Assembly: GCA_965220745.1 (NCBI GenBank)
Contig: CBDCQT010000010.1
Coordinates: 32,001 to 96,000 of the forward strand
Reading direction: 5' to 3'
Source of the DNA: Alphaproteobacteria bacterium
GTDB taxonomy: Bacteria; Pseudomonadota; Alphaproteobacteria; UBA828
Length of the DNA stretch: 64,000 nt
This document shows positions 30,491 to 41,928 of the stretch, in pieces. Position 1 is the stretch's first letter; every line of letters begins with the position of its first letter. The position numbers and the translations under genes were made by a program. The notes under the pieces were generated by a model. The model worked only from the letters and a program-made list of their open reading frames with translations, did not search any database and had not been told where the DNA came from.

Positions 30491-32161
30491 ACGCGAGGCC
30501 CGCAACTCGGCTGTTGCCGGTGCGTCAGACCGTTCGACGAAGGCGAAGCCCGCGTATCCCTTCGCCACGACCTCGTCGCATTTGCGCACGTAGTCCGGGA
30601 AGCCGATGTAGGGCATGAAGACGGGCGCCTTGCCCGGAATGTTCGAGCCGATGTACCAGGACTTGGTCTTGGTATAGAGCGTGGCGTCGGCCACCTCGTT
30701 GACGTGGGCGACCCACGCATCCTCCGCCTCGACGGTCGCCTCGACGCAGGCGTAACCGTTCTCGCGCATGTAGCCGATGCAGTCCGCGATCCATTCGACG
30801 TTCTGTTCGATGGACTGGACCATGTTGCTCAGCACCGATGGGCTGCCCGGCCCGGCGATGATGTGGAGGTTGGGGAAGCCTGCGGTCGCGACGCCGAGCA
30901 GGCTTCTCGGACCCTCTTTCCACTTTTCGGCCAGCGAGCGGCCCCCGATGCCGCGAATGTCGATGCGGGTCAGGGGGCCGGTCATGGCGTCGAACCCGGT
31001 GGCGAAGATCAGCGCGTCGAACTCGTAAGCGCGGTCGCCCACCTTGAGGCCGGAGCGGGTAATCTCCCCGATCGGCGTCTCGCTGACGTCGACCAGGGTG
31101 ACGTTCTCCCGGTTGTAGGTCGCGTAATAGTCGGTGTCGACGCAGGTCCGCTTGCAGCCGATGTGGTAGTGGGGCGAGAGCAGCTCTGCCACCGCCGGGT
31201 CGCGCACCGTCTCGCGAATCTTGGAGCGGACGAACTCGGCCGCCGTGTCGTTGGCCTCCGCAGTCGCGAAGAGATCGGAGAACGCGCCCAGGAAGCCGAT
31301 GCCGCAGGTCTGCCAGCGCTCTTCGTAGACGGCGTCGCGCTCCTCGGGGCCGACCTCGAACGCGCCGGTCTCGCCGACGGCGAAATCGATGCCCGAGCGA
31401 TTCTGCCGGGCGCGCGCCCGAAGGCCCGCGTAGTCCGCCTTGACCGCCTTCTGCACCTCCGGCTCCAGCGGCGCGTTGAAGGCGGGAATGCTGTAGTTCG
31501 GCGTGCGCTGGAAGACGAAGAGATGCTCCGCCTGCTCGGCGATGAGCGGAATGCACTGGATGGCCGAGGAGCCGGTGCCGATGATGCCCACCCGCCGGCC
31601 CGAAAAGTCGACCTCTTCCTCGGGCCAGTCTCCGGTGTGGTAGGTCACGCCGGCGAAGGAGTCGACGCCCTTGAAGTCCGGAATGTTGCGCGCGGAGAGG
31701 CAACCGCTCGCCATGATGCAGTGGGTCGCCGTCACGCGCGCGCCATCGTCGGTCTTTACAGTCCAGTGCCCGGCCGCCTCGTCGAAGGTCGCGGCGGTGA
31801 CGCGGGTGTCGAAGCGGATGTCGCGGCGGAGGTCGAAGCGGTCCGCGACGTGGTTGAGGTAGCGCAGGATTTCGGGCTGGGTGGCGTAGCGCTCGGTCCA
31901 CTCCCACTCCTGCTGCAGCGCGTCGTCGAACTGGTAGGAATACTCCATGCTCTCCACGTCGCAGCGCGCGCCGGGATAGCGGTTCCAGAACCAGGTGCCG
32001 CCGACGCCGCTCCCGATCTCGAAGACCCGCGCGCTCAGCCCCATGCTCCGCAGCCGGTGGAGCGAGTAGAGTCCGGCGAATCCGGCGCCGACGATCACGG
32101 CATCGAAGTCGCAGGCCGGCGCGTCGGTCCCGCCCGGCCGTTTCGCTTGCGGGTCAGGCAA
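30488..32161 (-). CDS. Type I Baeyer-Villiger monooxygenase (cyclohexanone monooxygenase-like)
   Basis: GAGFAG, GGTWFWNRYPG, FAGVTYHTGDWP (FxGxxxHxxxWP), GTGSSA, ATGFDA. Confidence 0.93.
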   Translation of the reverse strand: MPDPQAKRPGGTDAPACDFDAVIVGAGFAGLYSLHRLRSMGLSARVFEIGSGVGGTWFWNRYPGARCDVESMEYSYQFDDALQQEWEWTERYATQPEILRYLNHVADRFDLRRDIRFDTRVTAATFDEAAGHWTVKTDDGARVTATHCIMASGCLSARNIPDFKGVDSFAGVTYHTGDWPEEEVDFSGRRVGIIGTGSSAIQCIPLIAEQAEHLFVFQRTPNYSIPAFNAPLEPEVQKAVKADYAGLRARARQNRSGIDFAVGETGAFEVGPEERDAVYEERWQTCGIGFLGAFSDLFATAEANDTAAEFVRSKIRETVRDPAVAELLSPHYHIGCKRTCVDTDYYATYNRENVTLVDVSETPIGEITRSGLKVGDRAYEFDALIFATGFDAMTGPLTRIDIRGIGGRSLAEKWKEGPRSLLGVATAGFPNLHIIAGPGSPSVLSNMVQSIEQNVEWIADCIGYMRENGYACVEATVEAEDAWVAHVNEVADATLYTKTKSWYIGSNIPGKAPVFMPYIGFPDYVRKCDEVVAKGYAGFAFVERSDAPATAELRASR

Positions 32162-32241
32162 GGAGGCCCCCGTCCGCTATGGCGCCGGGCGAAGGGTCCG
32201 ACGCCGCATTCGCCGATGTCAAGCGGCCGCGCACCGGGCCA

Positions 32242-33339
32242 CTAGCCGCCACTTCGTCGCCATCGTTTCCAATACCGGGCCAGCACCTCGTCGAGCTCCA
32301 TGCCGCCCATCAGCCCGTCCGAGCGCAGGCACATCACCAGCACGATGATGACGCCCAGCATGAGGCTGCCGAGCCCGAACAGGTCGGGCAGTTGCGCGCC
32401 CAGGATGACCGGCCCGCTCTCCAGGTGGCGAATCAGCTCCATGGCGACCGAAATCAGCACCACGCCCACCACCGCGCCGGTCACCGAGCGCATACCGCCG
32501 AGGATGTGCATGGCGAGCGTGAGGAACGCGGCGTGAAAGTAGAACGCGCGGGCGTTCACGGTGCCCAGGTAGTAGGCGTAGAGCGCGCCGGCGATGCCGC
32601 ACACCACGCCGCCCAGCACCCAGGCGATCAGCCGGAGCGCCCGGATATTCACGCCCATCGATTCGGCCGCGAGCATGTTGGTGGCGCTAGCGCGGAGCTG
32701 GACCCCGATCCGCGAGTCCTTGAACAATCGTGCGACCAGGATGACCAGGGCGGTCGCGACCATCATGGTCTCGATCCCCGCCACCTTCGGTATGCCGTAA
32801 AACGCCTGGGTGCCCCGGAACAGATCGACCCAGTGCACGAAGACACCGTGGATGATGACCAGGATGGCGAGCGTCAGGATCGTCGCCGCGATCCCCGAGA
32901 GCCGAACCAGAAAGAGCCCGGTCAGAGCCGCGATGATCCCGGTGATCGACACCGCGGCGACGAACGAAGGGACGATGCCGAGTTGAACCTCTCCGAGACC
33001 GAACGGCGCATTGGGAATCAGCGTCTTCTTGATCACCAGCGGCACCGCGAAGATCGACGTGAGATAGGCGCCGAGCCCCATGAAGCCCGGGTGGGCCAGG
33101 TTGGCCACGTTGGCGTTGCCCATGAATATCTGCAGGCCGAGCACGAGAATCAGGTTGATGTAGGCGGCCACGGCGAGGCGCACCTGGTAGGGCTCGCCGA
33201 ACAGCATGATGAGAAGGCCGATGCCGACCGCGAAGGCGGCGACGATCGTGGCACCCCGTACCGATCTGAGCGTCCGCGCGCCCTCCACGTGCCAGAGACG
33301 CCGGCGCGGGCGGCTGCTATCCATGGTCGGCGCGCTCAA
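32242..33339 (-). CDS. Branched-chain amino acid-type ABC permease (LivM-like)
   Basis: Multi-TM protein, AAESMGVN, ILGGMRS. Confidence 0.88.
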   Translation of the reverse strand: MSAPTMDSSRPRRRLWHVEGARTLRSVRGATIVAAFAVGIGLLIMLFGEPYQVRLAVAAYINLILVLGLQIFMGNANVANLAHPGFMGLGAYLTSIFAVPLVIKKTLIPNAPFGLGEVQLGIVPSFVAAVSITGIIAALTGLFLVRLSGIAATILTLAILVIIHGVFVHWVDLFRGTQAFYGIPKVAGIETMMVATALVILVARLFKDSRIGVQLRASATNMLAAESMGVNIRALRLIAWVLGGVVCGIAGALYAYYLGTVNARAFYFHAAFLTLAMHILGGMRSVTGAVVGVVLISVAMELIRHLESGPVILGAQLPDLFGLGSLMLGVIIVLVMCLRSDGLMGGMELDEVLARYWKRWRRSGG

Positions 33340-34235
33340 GCGGTCTTGTCTCCCAGCTCGGCCTTCTTGCCCAAGATGCCCTGCGGCCGCCCGACCAGGA
33401 TGGCGCCGATGATGAAGAACACCGCGGCGTCGCGCAGGCCCGCGAGGAAGTCGGGCAGCAGAATAATCAGGACCACTTCGAGGATGCCCAGCACGAGACC
33501 GCCGACCACCGCGCCCGGCAGGCTGCCGAAGCCGCCCAGCACGCAGGCGACGAACGCCTTGAGCACCGGCAGCAGGCCCATGAAGGGGTCGATCGCACCG
33601 CGCCGCGCGATGAAGAAGATGGCGGCGAGGCCGGCGAGGAAGCCCGAGATCGCAAACGCCGTCGCGATCACCCGGTTGGCCCGCACGCCCATCAGACGCA
33701 CCGTGGTGAAGTCGTGGGCCGCGGCGCGCATGGCGAGGCCCAGCTTGGTCCGCCGCATGAAGATGACCAGCAGCACGATCGCGATGGCGGTCACGCCCGC
33801 CTCGAGAAACTGAAGGATGGTGAAGGTGAAGCTGCCGATATCCACCGTCGTGTTGAGCACCGCGATGGCGGGCACGGCCTTGGGCCGGGGCGAGACCCCC
33901 ATCAGGAACACGTTCTGAAGGATGATCGCGACCCCGAAGGCGGTGAGCAGCCCCGTGGTCGCCGGCGCTCGTCGAACCGGTCTGAAGGCGACGCGCTCCA
34001 GGAGCACGGCGGTGATCACCACCGTGAGCAGGCAGACCGGCAGGATCATCCAGATGTCGCCGGCGCCGAACAGCGCCATGGCGTACATGATGTAGCCGCC
34101 GACGCCGAGGAACTCGCCGTGGGCGAAGTTCACCAGCCCCATGACCGAGAACACGATGGCAAGCCCCAACGCGAGCAGCGAGTACTCGGCGCCGATGCTG
34201 AGCGCGTTGAGAGCCTGTTCGGCCACGTATTGCAT
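33336..34235 (-). CDS. Branched-chain amino acid-type ABC permease (LivH-like)
   Basis: LGLAIVFSVMGLVNFAHGE, VLGGFGSLPG. Confidence 0.9.
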   Translation of the reverse strand: MQYVAEQALNALSIGAEYSLLALGLAIVFSVMGLVNFAHGEFLGVGGYIMYAMALFGAGDIWMILPVCLLTVVITAVLLERVAFRPVRRAPATTGLLTAFGVAIILQNVFLMGVSPRPKAVPAIAVLNTTVDIGSFTFTILQFLEAGVTAIAIVLLVIFMRRTKLGLAMRAAAHDFTTVRLMGVRANRVIATAFAISGFLAGLAAIFFIARRGAIDPFMGLLPVLKAFVACVLGGFGSLPGAVVGGLVLGILEVVLIILLPDFLAGLRDAAVFFIIGAILVGRPQGILGKKAELGDKTA

Positions 34236-34252
34236 GGTCTGTCCCGCCCCCC

Positions 34253-34966
34253 TTACGAGACGCCTTCGCCGATATAGGCCTTCATCAGGTCTGCCGAGGT
34301 CCGCAACTCCTCCGCAGTGCCGGCGAATTCCAGGTTCCCGCTGCTCAGGATGTAGGCCCGATCGGCAAACTTGAGCGCTTCCTGCGCGTTCTGCTCGACC
34401 ACGAGCAAGGTGAGTCCGTGGTCCCGCAGCCCCGAGATCAACTTGAAGATCTGGTCGACGATCTGGGGCGCCAGGCCCAACGAGGGCTCGTCCAGCATCA
34501 GCAGCTTCGGCCCCGACATCAGCGCCCGGACCACCGCCAGCATCTGCTGCTCGCCGCCGGAGAGCGAGCCGCCGCTCTGCTTGAAGCGCTCACGCAGGAT
34601 GGGAAACATGTCGAGGTAGGTCTCCAGGTCCCGGGCGACACCGTCCGCATCCCGCCGGATCGCCGCGCCCAGGATCAGATTCTCCTCGACCGTCAGGTTG
34701 GCGAAGACGTGCCGCCCCTCCGGCGTCACGGTGATGCCGCGGGCGACGCGGCTTTCCGTGTCCAGCCGGTTGATGTCCTGGCCCTGGAACGACACCGTGC
34801 CTTCCGCGACGGGCACGAGCCCGATGATCGCGGACAGCATGCTCGTCTTGCCCGCCCCGTTGGGCCCCAGCAACGTCACGATCTCGCCCTCGTTGACGGA
34901 GAGCGAGACCGAATGCACGGCGCGTACCGCGCCGTAATTCACCGAGACGTTATCGACTTCGAGCAT
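34253..34966 (-). CDS. ABC ATP-binding protein (LivF-like)
   Basis: [25 protein letters not shown]. Confidence 0.92.
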   Translation of the reverse strand: MLEVDNVSVNYGAVRAVHSVSLSVNEGEIVTLLGPNGAGKTSMLSAIIGLVPVAEGTVSFQGQDINRLDTESRVARGITVTPEGRHVFANLTVEENLILGAAIRRDADGVARDLETYLDMFPILRERFKQSGGSLSGGEQQMLAVVRALMSGPKLLMLDEPSLGLAPQIVDQIFKLISGLRDHGLTLLVVEQNAQEALKFADRAYILSSGNLEFAGTAEELRTSADLMKAYIGEGVS

Positions 34967-35114
34967 CGGCTCTTGCCGTCTTCTACCCTCGGCACGCGGC
35001 CGTCCCCGCCGGGCCCGTCAGGAAAGGCAGCGCCCACAGCGCGCGCCTTCCCTGACGGTGTCCGGTTCATTCGGCCGGTTGGTGTCGGCGGCCGTACCGG
35101 GTCGACTGCTCGCC

Positions 35115-36299
35115 CTACTCCTCGTAATGGGGCGAGTGTGTGGGCACGAGGGCCTGGTGCAGGTACGGCTGGCCGTCCTTGAACCCGAGCACCGAGACCT
35201 CCTTGCTCGGATAGTGCCACTTGTTGGTGAAGTCGATGGAGGGCGCGGACGTCGCCGCGATCGGCCCCGCAGTGGTCAAGGCCTCAAGAACGGCGCGGGA
35301 CTCGGTCGAGCCCGCGAGTTCCACACCCTTGGCGAGGATTTGGGCAACATCGCCACCCAGCCCGAAGAACGAGCCGTTAATCTCGTAGCCCCGGCTGATG
35401 CACTCGTTCTGGAACATCTCGAGCGCGTTGCCGCCTGTGGCAAAACCGTGGGTGGCGAAAAACACGGTCCCGTCGACGCTCGGCGCGCCGCCTGCCACTT
35501 CCGGCAGCGTCGGATCGTCAAACCCGTCCGAGCCGAACACGAAGATATCGAGCCCCGCCGCACGAATCTGACGGATCAGCACGCCCACGTCGGGGTTGAT
35601 CGACGAGATGTGGATCGAGTCCGGCATCGGGTCCATTGCCTTCAGGTCGGTGATGAAGGGCGACCAGTCGGTGATCCCGAAGCCCGGATATTCCATCCGG
35701 CCGACGACCTCGCCGCCGAAGCGCCCGAACACGTCGCCGAACCATTCCGGCAGGTTTCGCGTCCAGGTCCCGTACACGTCCGAGAGGAACAGCACCACCC
35801 GACGCGCACCCAGCTCGTAGGCGACTTCGGCGGTCGCCGAGGCGTTGAACGGATCGGGCACGGCCATGGTGATGTAGTTGTCCAAGCCGACCTCGAACAT
35901 CTCGATCTGGGTGTTGACGGCCGAGAAGGTGATCGTGTCGTACTCGGCCGCGAGCTGGGAGACGGGGATCAGCGAATCCGAGGCGATCGCGGCCTCGCCC
36001 ACGGCGGTTACGCCGTCGTCCAGCATCTCCTGGGCCTGGGCGATGGCGATGGCCGGATCGCTCTTGTTGTCTTGCACGGCGAGCTCGATGGGCACGCCGT
36101 TCACGCCGCCCTGCTCGTTCATGAGCTCCGTCATGCAGCGCAGGCCGTGGGCCCCGGTGTAGGGCGCCCATTCGCCGGAGATCGAGGCCGAGATACCGAT
36201 CTTGAGCGGATCCCCGGCGGATGCCGGAGCGTTCGCGATGGCGAGCGCCAGCGCACCCGCCGCAATTGCGGTCGTGGCCAGAAGTTTCTTCGTAAACAT
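35115..36299 (-). CDS. Periplasmic substrate-binding protein (LivK/Peripla_BP_6-like)
   Basis: Signal peptide, LKIG, NEQGGVNG..IEL..QDNKSDP. Confidence 0.88.
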   Translation of the reverse strand: MFTKKLLATTAIAAGALALAIANAPASAGDPLKIGISASISGEWAPYTGAHGLRCMTELMNEQGGVNGVPIELAVQDNKSDPAIAIAQAQEMLDDGVTAVGEAAIASDSLIPVSQLAAEYDTITFSAVNTQIEMFEVGLDNYITMAVPDPFNASATAEVAYELGARRVVLFLSDVYGTWTRNLPEWFGDVFGRFGGEVVGRMEYPGFGITDWSPFITDLKAMDPMPDSIHISSINPDVGVLIRQIRAAGLDIFVFGSDGFDDPTLPEVAGGAPSVDGTVFFATHGFATGGNALEMFQNECISRGYEINGSFFGLGGDVAQILAKGVELAGSTESRAVLEALTTAGPIAATSAPSIDFTNKWHYPSKEVSVLGFKDGQPYLHQALVPTHSPHYEE

Positions 36300-36333
36300 T
36301 GGTTTAGCCTCCCTTGATTGTTTGACACACCCC

Positions 36334-37131
<798 letters not shown>

Positions 37132-37499
37132 GGCTCAAGCCGCAAGGGGATGGCTGCGCGGCCCGGTACTGGCGGACGCGCGTCCGACCGGCGCGGCGAT
37201 CCCTCGCTCGGGCCGCCGCCCCATGGGTCGGAAACGTTCGTTCACCGACACTCTCCCTGAGGCGTTCTTATTCTTGTCCAATCAGTTTCGATCATGGACA
37301 GCAGGTTGACAAGCCTGCCCCGGCAGCGCGGTGTGGACGCGCGACGCGGGCTGGCAGACGAGCAGACGGGATCGAAGTTATTTCCTTTCCCTCAGTCGCC
37401 GGGCGCTCACTCCGTTCGATCGTGCGCTCCGCGCGCGTGGACGCGACGCCGCTTGCCGGCGGTTGCCGCGCTTCCTATCGTGTGGTTCAGCGTCCCCCG

Positions 37500-37588
37500 G
37501 CCCGCGTGGCGGAATTTGGTAGACGCAACGGACTTAAAATCCGTTGGCCCTATGGGCCGTCCCGGTTCGAGTCCGGGCGCGGGCACCA
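37500..37588 (+). tRNA. tRNA-Leu (anticodon TAA)
   Basis: Acceptor stem gcccgcg/cgcgggc, D-loop ggtagac, anticodon arm acgga-cttaaaa-tccgt, long variable arm, ggttcgagtcc T-arm, encoded CCA. Confidence 0.95.
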
Positions 37589-37676
37589 CGATCCATTCCG
37601 GGGGCTTCCAACGCCTTCCTGGAAACTATTCCGCCGCACGTCTCACACTGTTTCACCTGCTCAAATCTCTGCGCAC

Positions 37677-39398
37677 TTAAGTATTGTGTGAGGTGACAAG
37701 TTTGGCCTCCGTCAGATTCTCCTGTGACTTGGAGCGCGTGACATAGCCGGCTTCGAGATCCTGGCTTCGGCGCTGATCGCAACGTTCTGCTGGGTCGCCC
37801 CATCCACCGCCGCCGGCCGTCTGCTGGCTTACTATATCCCCCATTCTTAGCGGTATCTCGGCGCCCTTGGATGCGAAATTGGGCGATGCAGGTTGGAAGC
37901 CATCGCCGCGGTCGATCAGATAGGCGCCGGGCGCGCCTTCGCCACCGCCGTCGAATCCCTTGGCCCCGAACTTACAGCGGTCAGCCACGAAGCTGAGTTC
38001 CGCGACATCGGAGAGGATCTCGTAATCTCGCCTCGTGCCGAGCCCGCCTCGGTATTTCCCGTCACCTCCAGTATCCGCCCGCAGTTCGTACCGCCTTAGC
38101 CTGACCGGAAACTTCAGCTCCAAAGCCTCTGCGGGCATGTTGCGGCAGTTCCCGACGATTGAGAACAGGGCGCTTTCGCCATCCTTCTCCGGCGTCGCCC
38201 CCCATGCACCTTCGGGATACTGGTAGAGAATTTGCATTCCAGCTTTGCCGTAGCAGGTTAGCAGCATGTTGTTGGACGACCCTTGGTCGCCAGCAATGAG
38301 ATGTGGACCGTTGGGCATGGTCGAAAGCGCCGCCATCAAGGCGTTGACAATCCGATGCGAGGTCTCGTTGCCAGCCGTGCAGGGAGCCGGAAAGGTTGGA
38401 TGCACAACCGTGCCTTCACGAGACACGATTTTGATCGGCCGATAGCAACCATGGTTGGGGGCTATTTCTGGATCGGTGGCGGCCTGCAGACAAAGGTAGG
38501 TTGCCGATGCGGTCATGTAAGGAACGGAATTGATCGGTCCACTTGCCTGCGGATCGGTGTCGCTGTAGTCGATCACCAAAGCGTCGCCGTTGACGACGAC
38601 CTTGACTCGGATCGTAATCGGCTCGTCGGTAATGCCGTCGTTGTCCATGATGTCTTCGCCGAAGTACTCTCCATCGGGCCAAGACCTGATTACCGCGCGC
38701 ATTCGAGCTTCAGAATCCGCGCGCGATCGTTCCTCCGCAGATGCAATGGTAGCCCGGCCATACCGCTTGCACAGGGCTTGATATCGCAAAGCGGCACTGC
38801 GGTTCGCGGATACCTGCGCCGCGAGATCTCCCTTCATGTTTTTTGGCACGCGGACGTTGTTGAGAATGAACTCGTAAACGTCACGTTGCCGCTCGCCCGC
38901 GCGGTACAACCAGACAGGGGGAATGCGCAGCCCTTCCATGAAGTTGTCTTTTGCCCGAGAGTAAAAGCTGCCCGGAACGGCACCTCCGACGTCGGCATGA
39001 TGAGCCCGGTTTGCAGCGAAGGCGACCAGTTCGCCATCGTAAAAGATTGGGCTGACCATCGTGAGGTCCGGAAGATGAGTTCCGCCGCGATAAGGGTCGT
39101 TTGAAATGATGGCGTCACCGGGCTTGAATTCCCGGAGGGGCGCGAGCTCCTCGATCGCCTGACGCACGGCGTACTGCAAGGCTCCAAGGTGGATCGGCAA
39201 AAACTCGCCCTGCGCTGTCAGCCGCGCCTTCGCATCGAACAGCCCGCAGGAAAAGTCGCTGCCTTCATTGAATATCTCCGAATAGGCGGTTTGCCGAAGC
39301 GTAACCCCCATCTCGCGGGAGACCGCGACAAGCGAGCTTCTGATGACACTGAACTGGATCGGATCGAAATTTCTAGCGACGGCACTCGTGTCAGTCAT
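37677..39398 (-). CDS. Hydantoinase B/oxoprolinase subunit
   Basis: TAYSEIFNEGSDFS, NDPYRGGTHLPD, HHADVGG..PGS, GGGGWGDP. Confidence 0.92.
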   Translation of the reverse strand: MTDTSAVARNFDPIQFSVIRSSLVAVSREMGVTLRQTAYSEIFNEGSDFSCGLFDAKARLTAQGEFLPIHLGALQYAVRQAIEELAPLREFKPGDAIISNDPYRGGTHLPDLTMVSPIFYDGELVAFAANRAHHADVGGAVPGSFYSRAKDNFMEGLRIPPVWLYRAGERQRDVYEFILNNVRVPKNMKGDLAAQVSANRSAALRYQALCKRYGRATIASAEERSRADSEARMRAVIRSWPDGEYFGEDIMDNDGITDEPITIRVKVVVNGDALVIDYSDTDPQASGPINSVPYMTASATYLCLQAATDPEIAPNHGCYRPIKIVSREGTVVHPTFPAPCTAGNETSHRIVNALMAALSTMPNGPHLIAGDQGSSNNMLLTCYGKAGMQILYQYPEGAWGATPEKDGESALFSIVGNCRNMPAEALELKFPVRLRRYELRADTGGDGKYRGGLGTRRDYEILSDVAELSFVADRCKFGAKGFDGGGEGAPGAYLIDRGDGFQPASPNFASKGAEIPLRMGDIVSQQTAGGGGWGDPAERCDQRRSQDLEAGYVTRSKSQENLTEAKLVTSHNT

Positions 39399-41428
39399 TG
39401 TTTAAGCCACTTCAGTTCGAGGAAGCCCGGCTTGACCGCCGAGCAGCTGGCGTCTGGCGGAACGACGATGGTTGCGTCGGACTGTTCGATGATGGCTGGT
39501 CCAAGTGTCGTCTCTGTCGTCTCGACATCTCTACGCTTGAGAATCTGCGTCTCGAGCCAGCCCTGTTCGGGCCCCCAGTAGACTTTCCGGCTCCGAACGT
39601 CAGCCTCCAGCGATGGCCAACGAGGATCGCCGAACTCTTTGTTCTCGGCGACGCTCACGGCGGCGACACGAATATTCACAGCTTCGACCGAGCTATCACG
39701 AAGCGAATGCCCGTAACGCGCCTCATGAGAGTGATGAAAGTTCTCTGCCGCCTTGTCGGTATCGATCTGCCCCAACTCGACTGGAATGGTAATCTCGTGC
39801 GTTTGTCCGGCGTACCTGAGATCCAGTGCGGCGGAAACAACCACATTGCCATTCTTGGCGTCGTCGTGAAGCTCGGCAAGCGTTTCCTCGCTCAACTGTG
39901 TGAACATGTCGTGGAGCGCCATTGCTTCGAGATCCGCCAACGGCACAAAGATCGTCTTCAGGCGCTCGCGGCGCCCATCGGCAAGCAACATGCCTTGAGC
40001 GGATGCGACGCCTGGGTAGGCGGGAACGACCACTGAAGACATCTCCAGTTCCGCCGCAACCTCTAGGCCGTGAGCGCCCCCACCACCACCCAGTGCAACA
40101 AGGGCATAGTCGCGCGGATCACGGGAGCGTTCGATGGAGACCGACCGGATTGCATCTGCCATATTGCTGTTGACGATACGCAAGATGCCCCACGCCGTCT
40201 CTTCGCGGCTGAGGCCCAGTCGTACCGCTAACGCCTCAATGGATTTCCACGCTCGTTCCCGGTCGAGGCGGAGCCCGCCGCCGATGGACAAGCGGGGATT
40301 GTAGCGGCCGAGGGCGATCGCCGCGTCAGTCACCGTCGGCTCCACACCACCCTTCCCATAGCAGGCAGGGCCGGGAACCGCGCCGGCGGAACGAGGGCCA
40401 ACGAGGATGGTCCCACCTTGATCGACCCAAGCGATGCTGCCACCACCAGCGCCGACACTGACGATGTCGAGGCAAGGTATCTGGATCGGATACCCCACGA
40501 GCTCGATGTAGGTATTGCGATCGGGCTCACCGTTCGTGACCGCCGCCACGTCGGTGCTCGTGCCCCCCATATCGAAACTGATCACATTGCTTCGTCCGAG
40601 AGCCTTGGCGATCTCAAGTGCCAAAATCACCCCGCCAGCGGGACCGGAGAGCAGGGACTTCACCGGCACGCGACGCGCTTGAAGCGGATCTGCAAGGCCG
40701 CCGGAAGACTCCATGATCCGGAAGCCCTCTTCCGTCAAGGAATGGGGAAGCGACCTTTCCAAGCCCTCCAGATAGTTGCTCATGATGGGACGGGCAATGG
40801 CATTGATACAGGTGGTGCTTGTCCTTTCAAACTCGCGATAGTGCGGCAAAACCTCGTGGGATAAAGACACGAACACGTTGTCGCCCAGGCGTTCCGCGAT
40901 CGATTTGCCTAGCAAGAGCTCGTGTGCTGGATTTCTAAACGAGAACAACAGGCAGACCGCGACGCTGCTCACACCCGAAGCCTCGATCTCATCGACAACG
41001 CGCTTGATCTCGTCCGCCTGAAGCGGCTCGACGATACTTCCGTCCGCGGCAATTCGTTCTCGCACTTCCAATCGCTGTTTTCGCTTGATCAACGGTTCCG
41101 GCTTCTTTTGCGCGAGATTGAACAGATCTTTTCGGTCCCCGCGCATGATCTCCAAAACATCCCGGAAACCATCGGTCGTGATCAGGAGGCAATCGGGTCG
41201 ATCCGAAGTTAGAAGAGCATTCACGACGACAGTCGTACCGTGCCTTAACGTCGAAATTTCTGTCGGATTCTCGCAGACGGTGGCCAGCGCGGCCAAGAAG
41301 CCCGCTTCCAGCTTTCCTGGCGTGGTGGCAGACTTCCCAACAAACCAGGAGCCATCGGCCCGACGGGTGATGGCGTCCGTAAATGTTCCGCCCATGTCTA
41401 TTGCAATGTCCATGTGTTCGCTCGACAT
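39395..41428 (-). CDS. Hydantoinase A/oxoprolinase subunit
   Basis: IDMGGTFTD, HGTT, SGPAGG, DMGGTSTD, GAGGGS, GPRSAGAVPGPACY. Confidence 0.92.
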   Translation of the reverse strand: MSSEHMDIAIDMGGTFTDAITRRADGSWFVGKSATTPGKLEAGFLAALATVCENPTEISTLRHGTTVVVNALLTSDRPDCLLITTDGFRDVLEIMRGDRKDLFNLAQKKPEPLIKRKQRLEVRERIAADGSIVEPLQADEIKRVVDEIEASGVSSVAVCLLFSFRNPAHELLLGKSIAERLGDNVFVSLSHEVLPHYREFERTSTTCINAIARPIMSNYLEGLERSLPHSLTEEGFRIMESSGGLADPLQARRVPVKSLLSGPAGGVILALEIAKALGRSNVISFDMGGTSTDVAAVTNGEPDRNTYIELVGYPIQIPCLDIVSVGAGGGSIAWVDQGGTILVGPRSAGAVPGPACYGKGGVEPTVTDAAIALGRYNPRLSIGGGLRLDRERAWKSIEALAVRLGLSREETAWGILRIVNSNMADAIRSVSIERSRDPRDYALVALGGGGGAHGLEVAAELEMSSVVVPAYPGVASAQGMLLADGRRERLKTIFVPLADLEAMALHDMFTQLSEETLAELHDDAKNGNVVVSAALDLRYAGQTHEITIPVELGQIDTDKAAENFHHSHEARYGHSLRDSSVEAVNIRVAAVSVAENKEFGDPRWPSLEADVRSRKVYWGPEQGWLETQILKRRDVETTETTLGPAIIEQSDATIVVPPDASCSAVKPGFLELKWLKQ

Positions 41429-41928
41429 GACCTGCGCCCCTTGGCTCCCTCGTTCACAAGGAGAGTCCTGATTCTGTCTGCATAGCGCATCGTCGATGGG
41501 TTGGCACGCGCCGGGCACGCAGCCCTCAACCCGCTCAAGCGCTCGGCGCGCAACCCACGCGCCGAACAACAAGCGTTGGCGTTTGACCCTTTGGCATCCG
41601 ACAGTCAGTACATTGCTGAGGCGATCGGCGTTCAATCTGCGCGGTGAACAACACCGCGGGCCGCTTGTGGCACCATCCAGGCGCGGCGCCGGCGCCGACG
41701 CATCGCGTGACGGCCGGCAGGATTGTTGCTCACCCTGCTGATCGAACCCCATCCGCGTGATAACATGTTGAATCTCTTGAACGCCGAGGGATGGAACGCT
41801 GCCTGCGAACGGCACTTGATCGGAGCGGCGGATCACGCCCGCCGGCGGATCTCGACGCTCAAGCACCTGCGCAAGGGATATACGTGGGACGATCAGGAAT
41901 TCCTGCGAGGCCCCGAGGAACAGGAATC

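Noticed and set aside
37500-37588. tRNA-Leu as att site of the 10.7-29 kb island
   Set aside because: It is separated from the island by 8 kb of metabolic genes, and I found no duplicate of its 3' end by eye.
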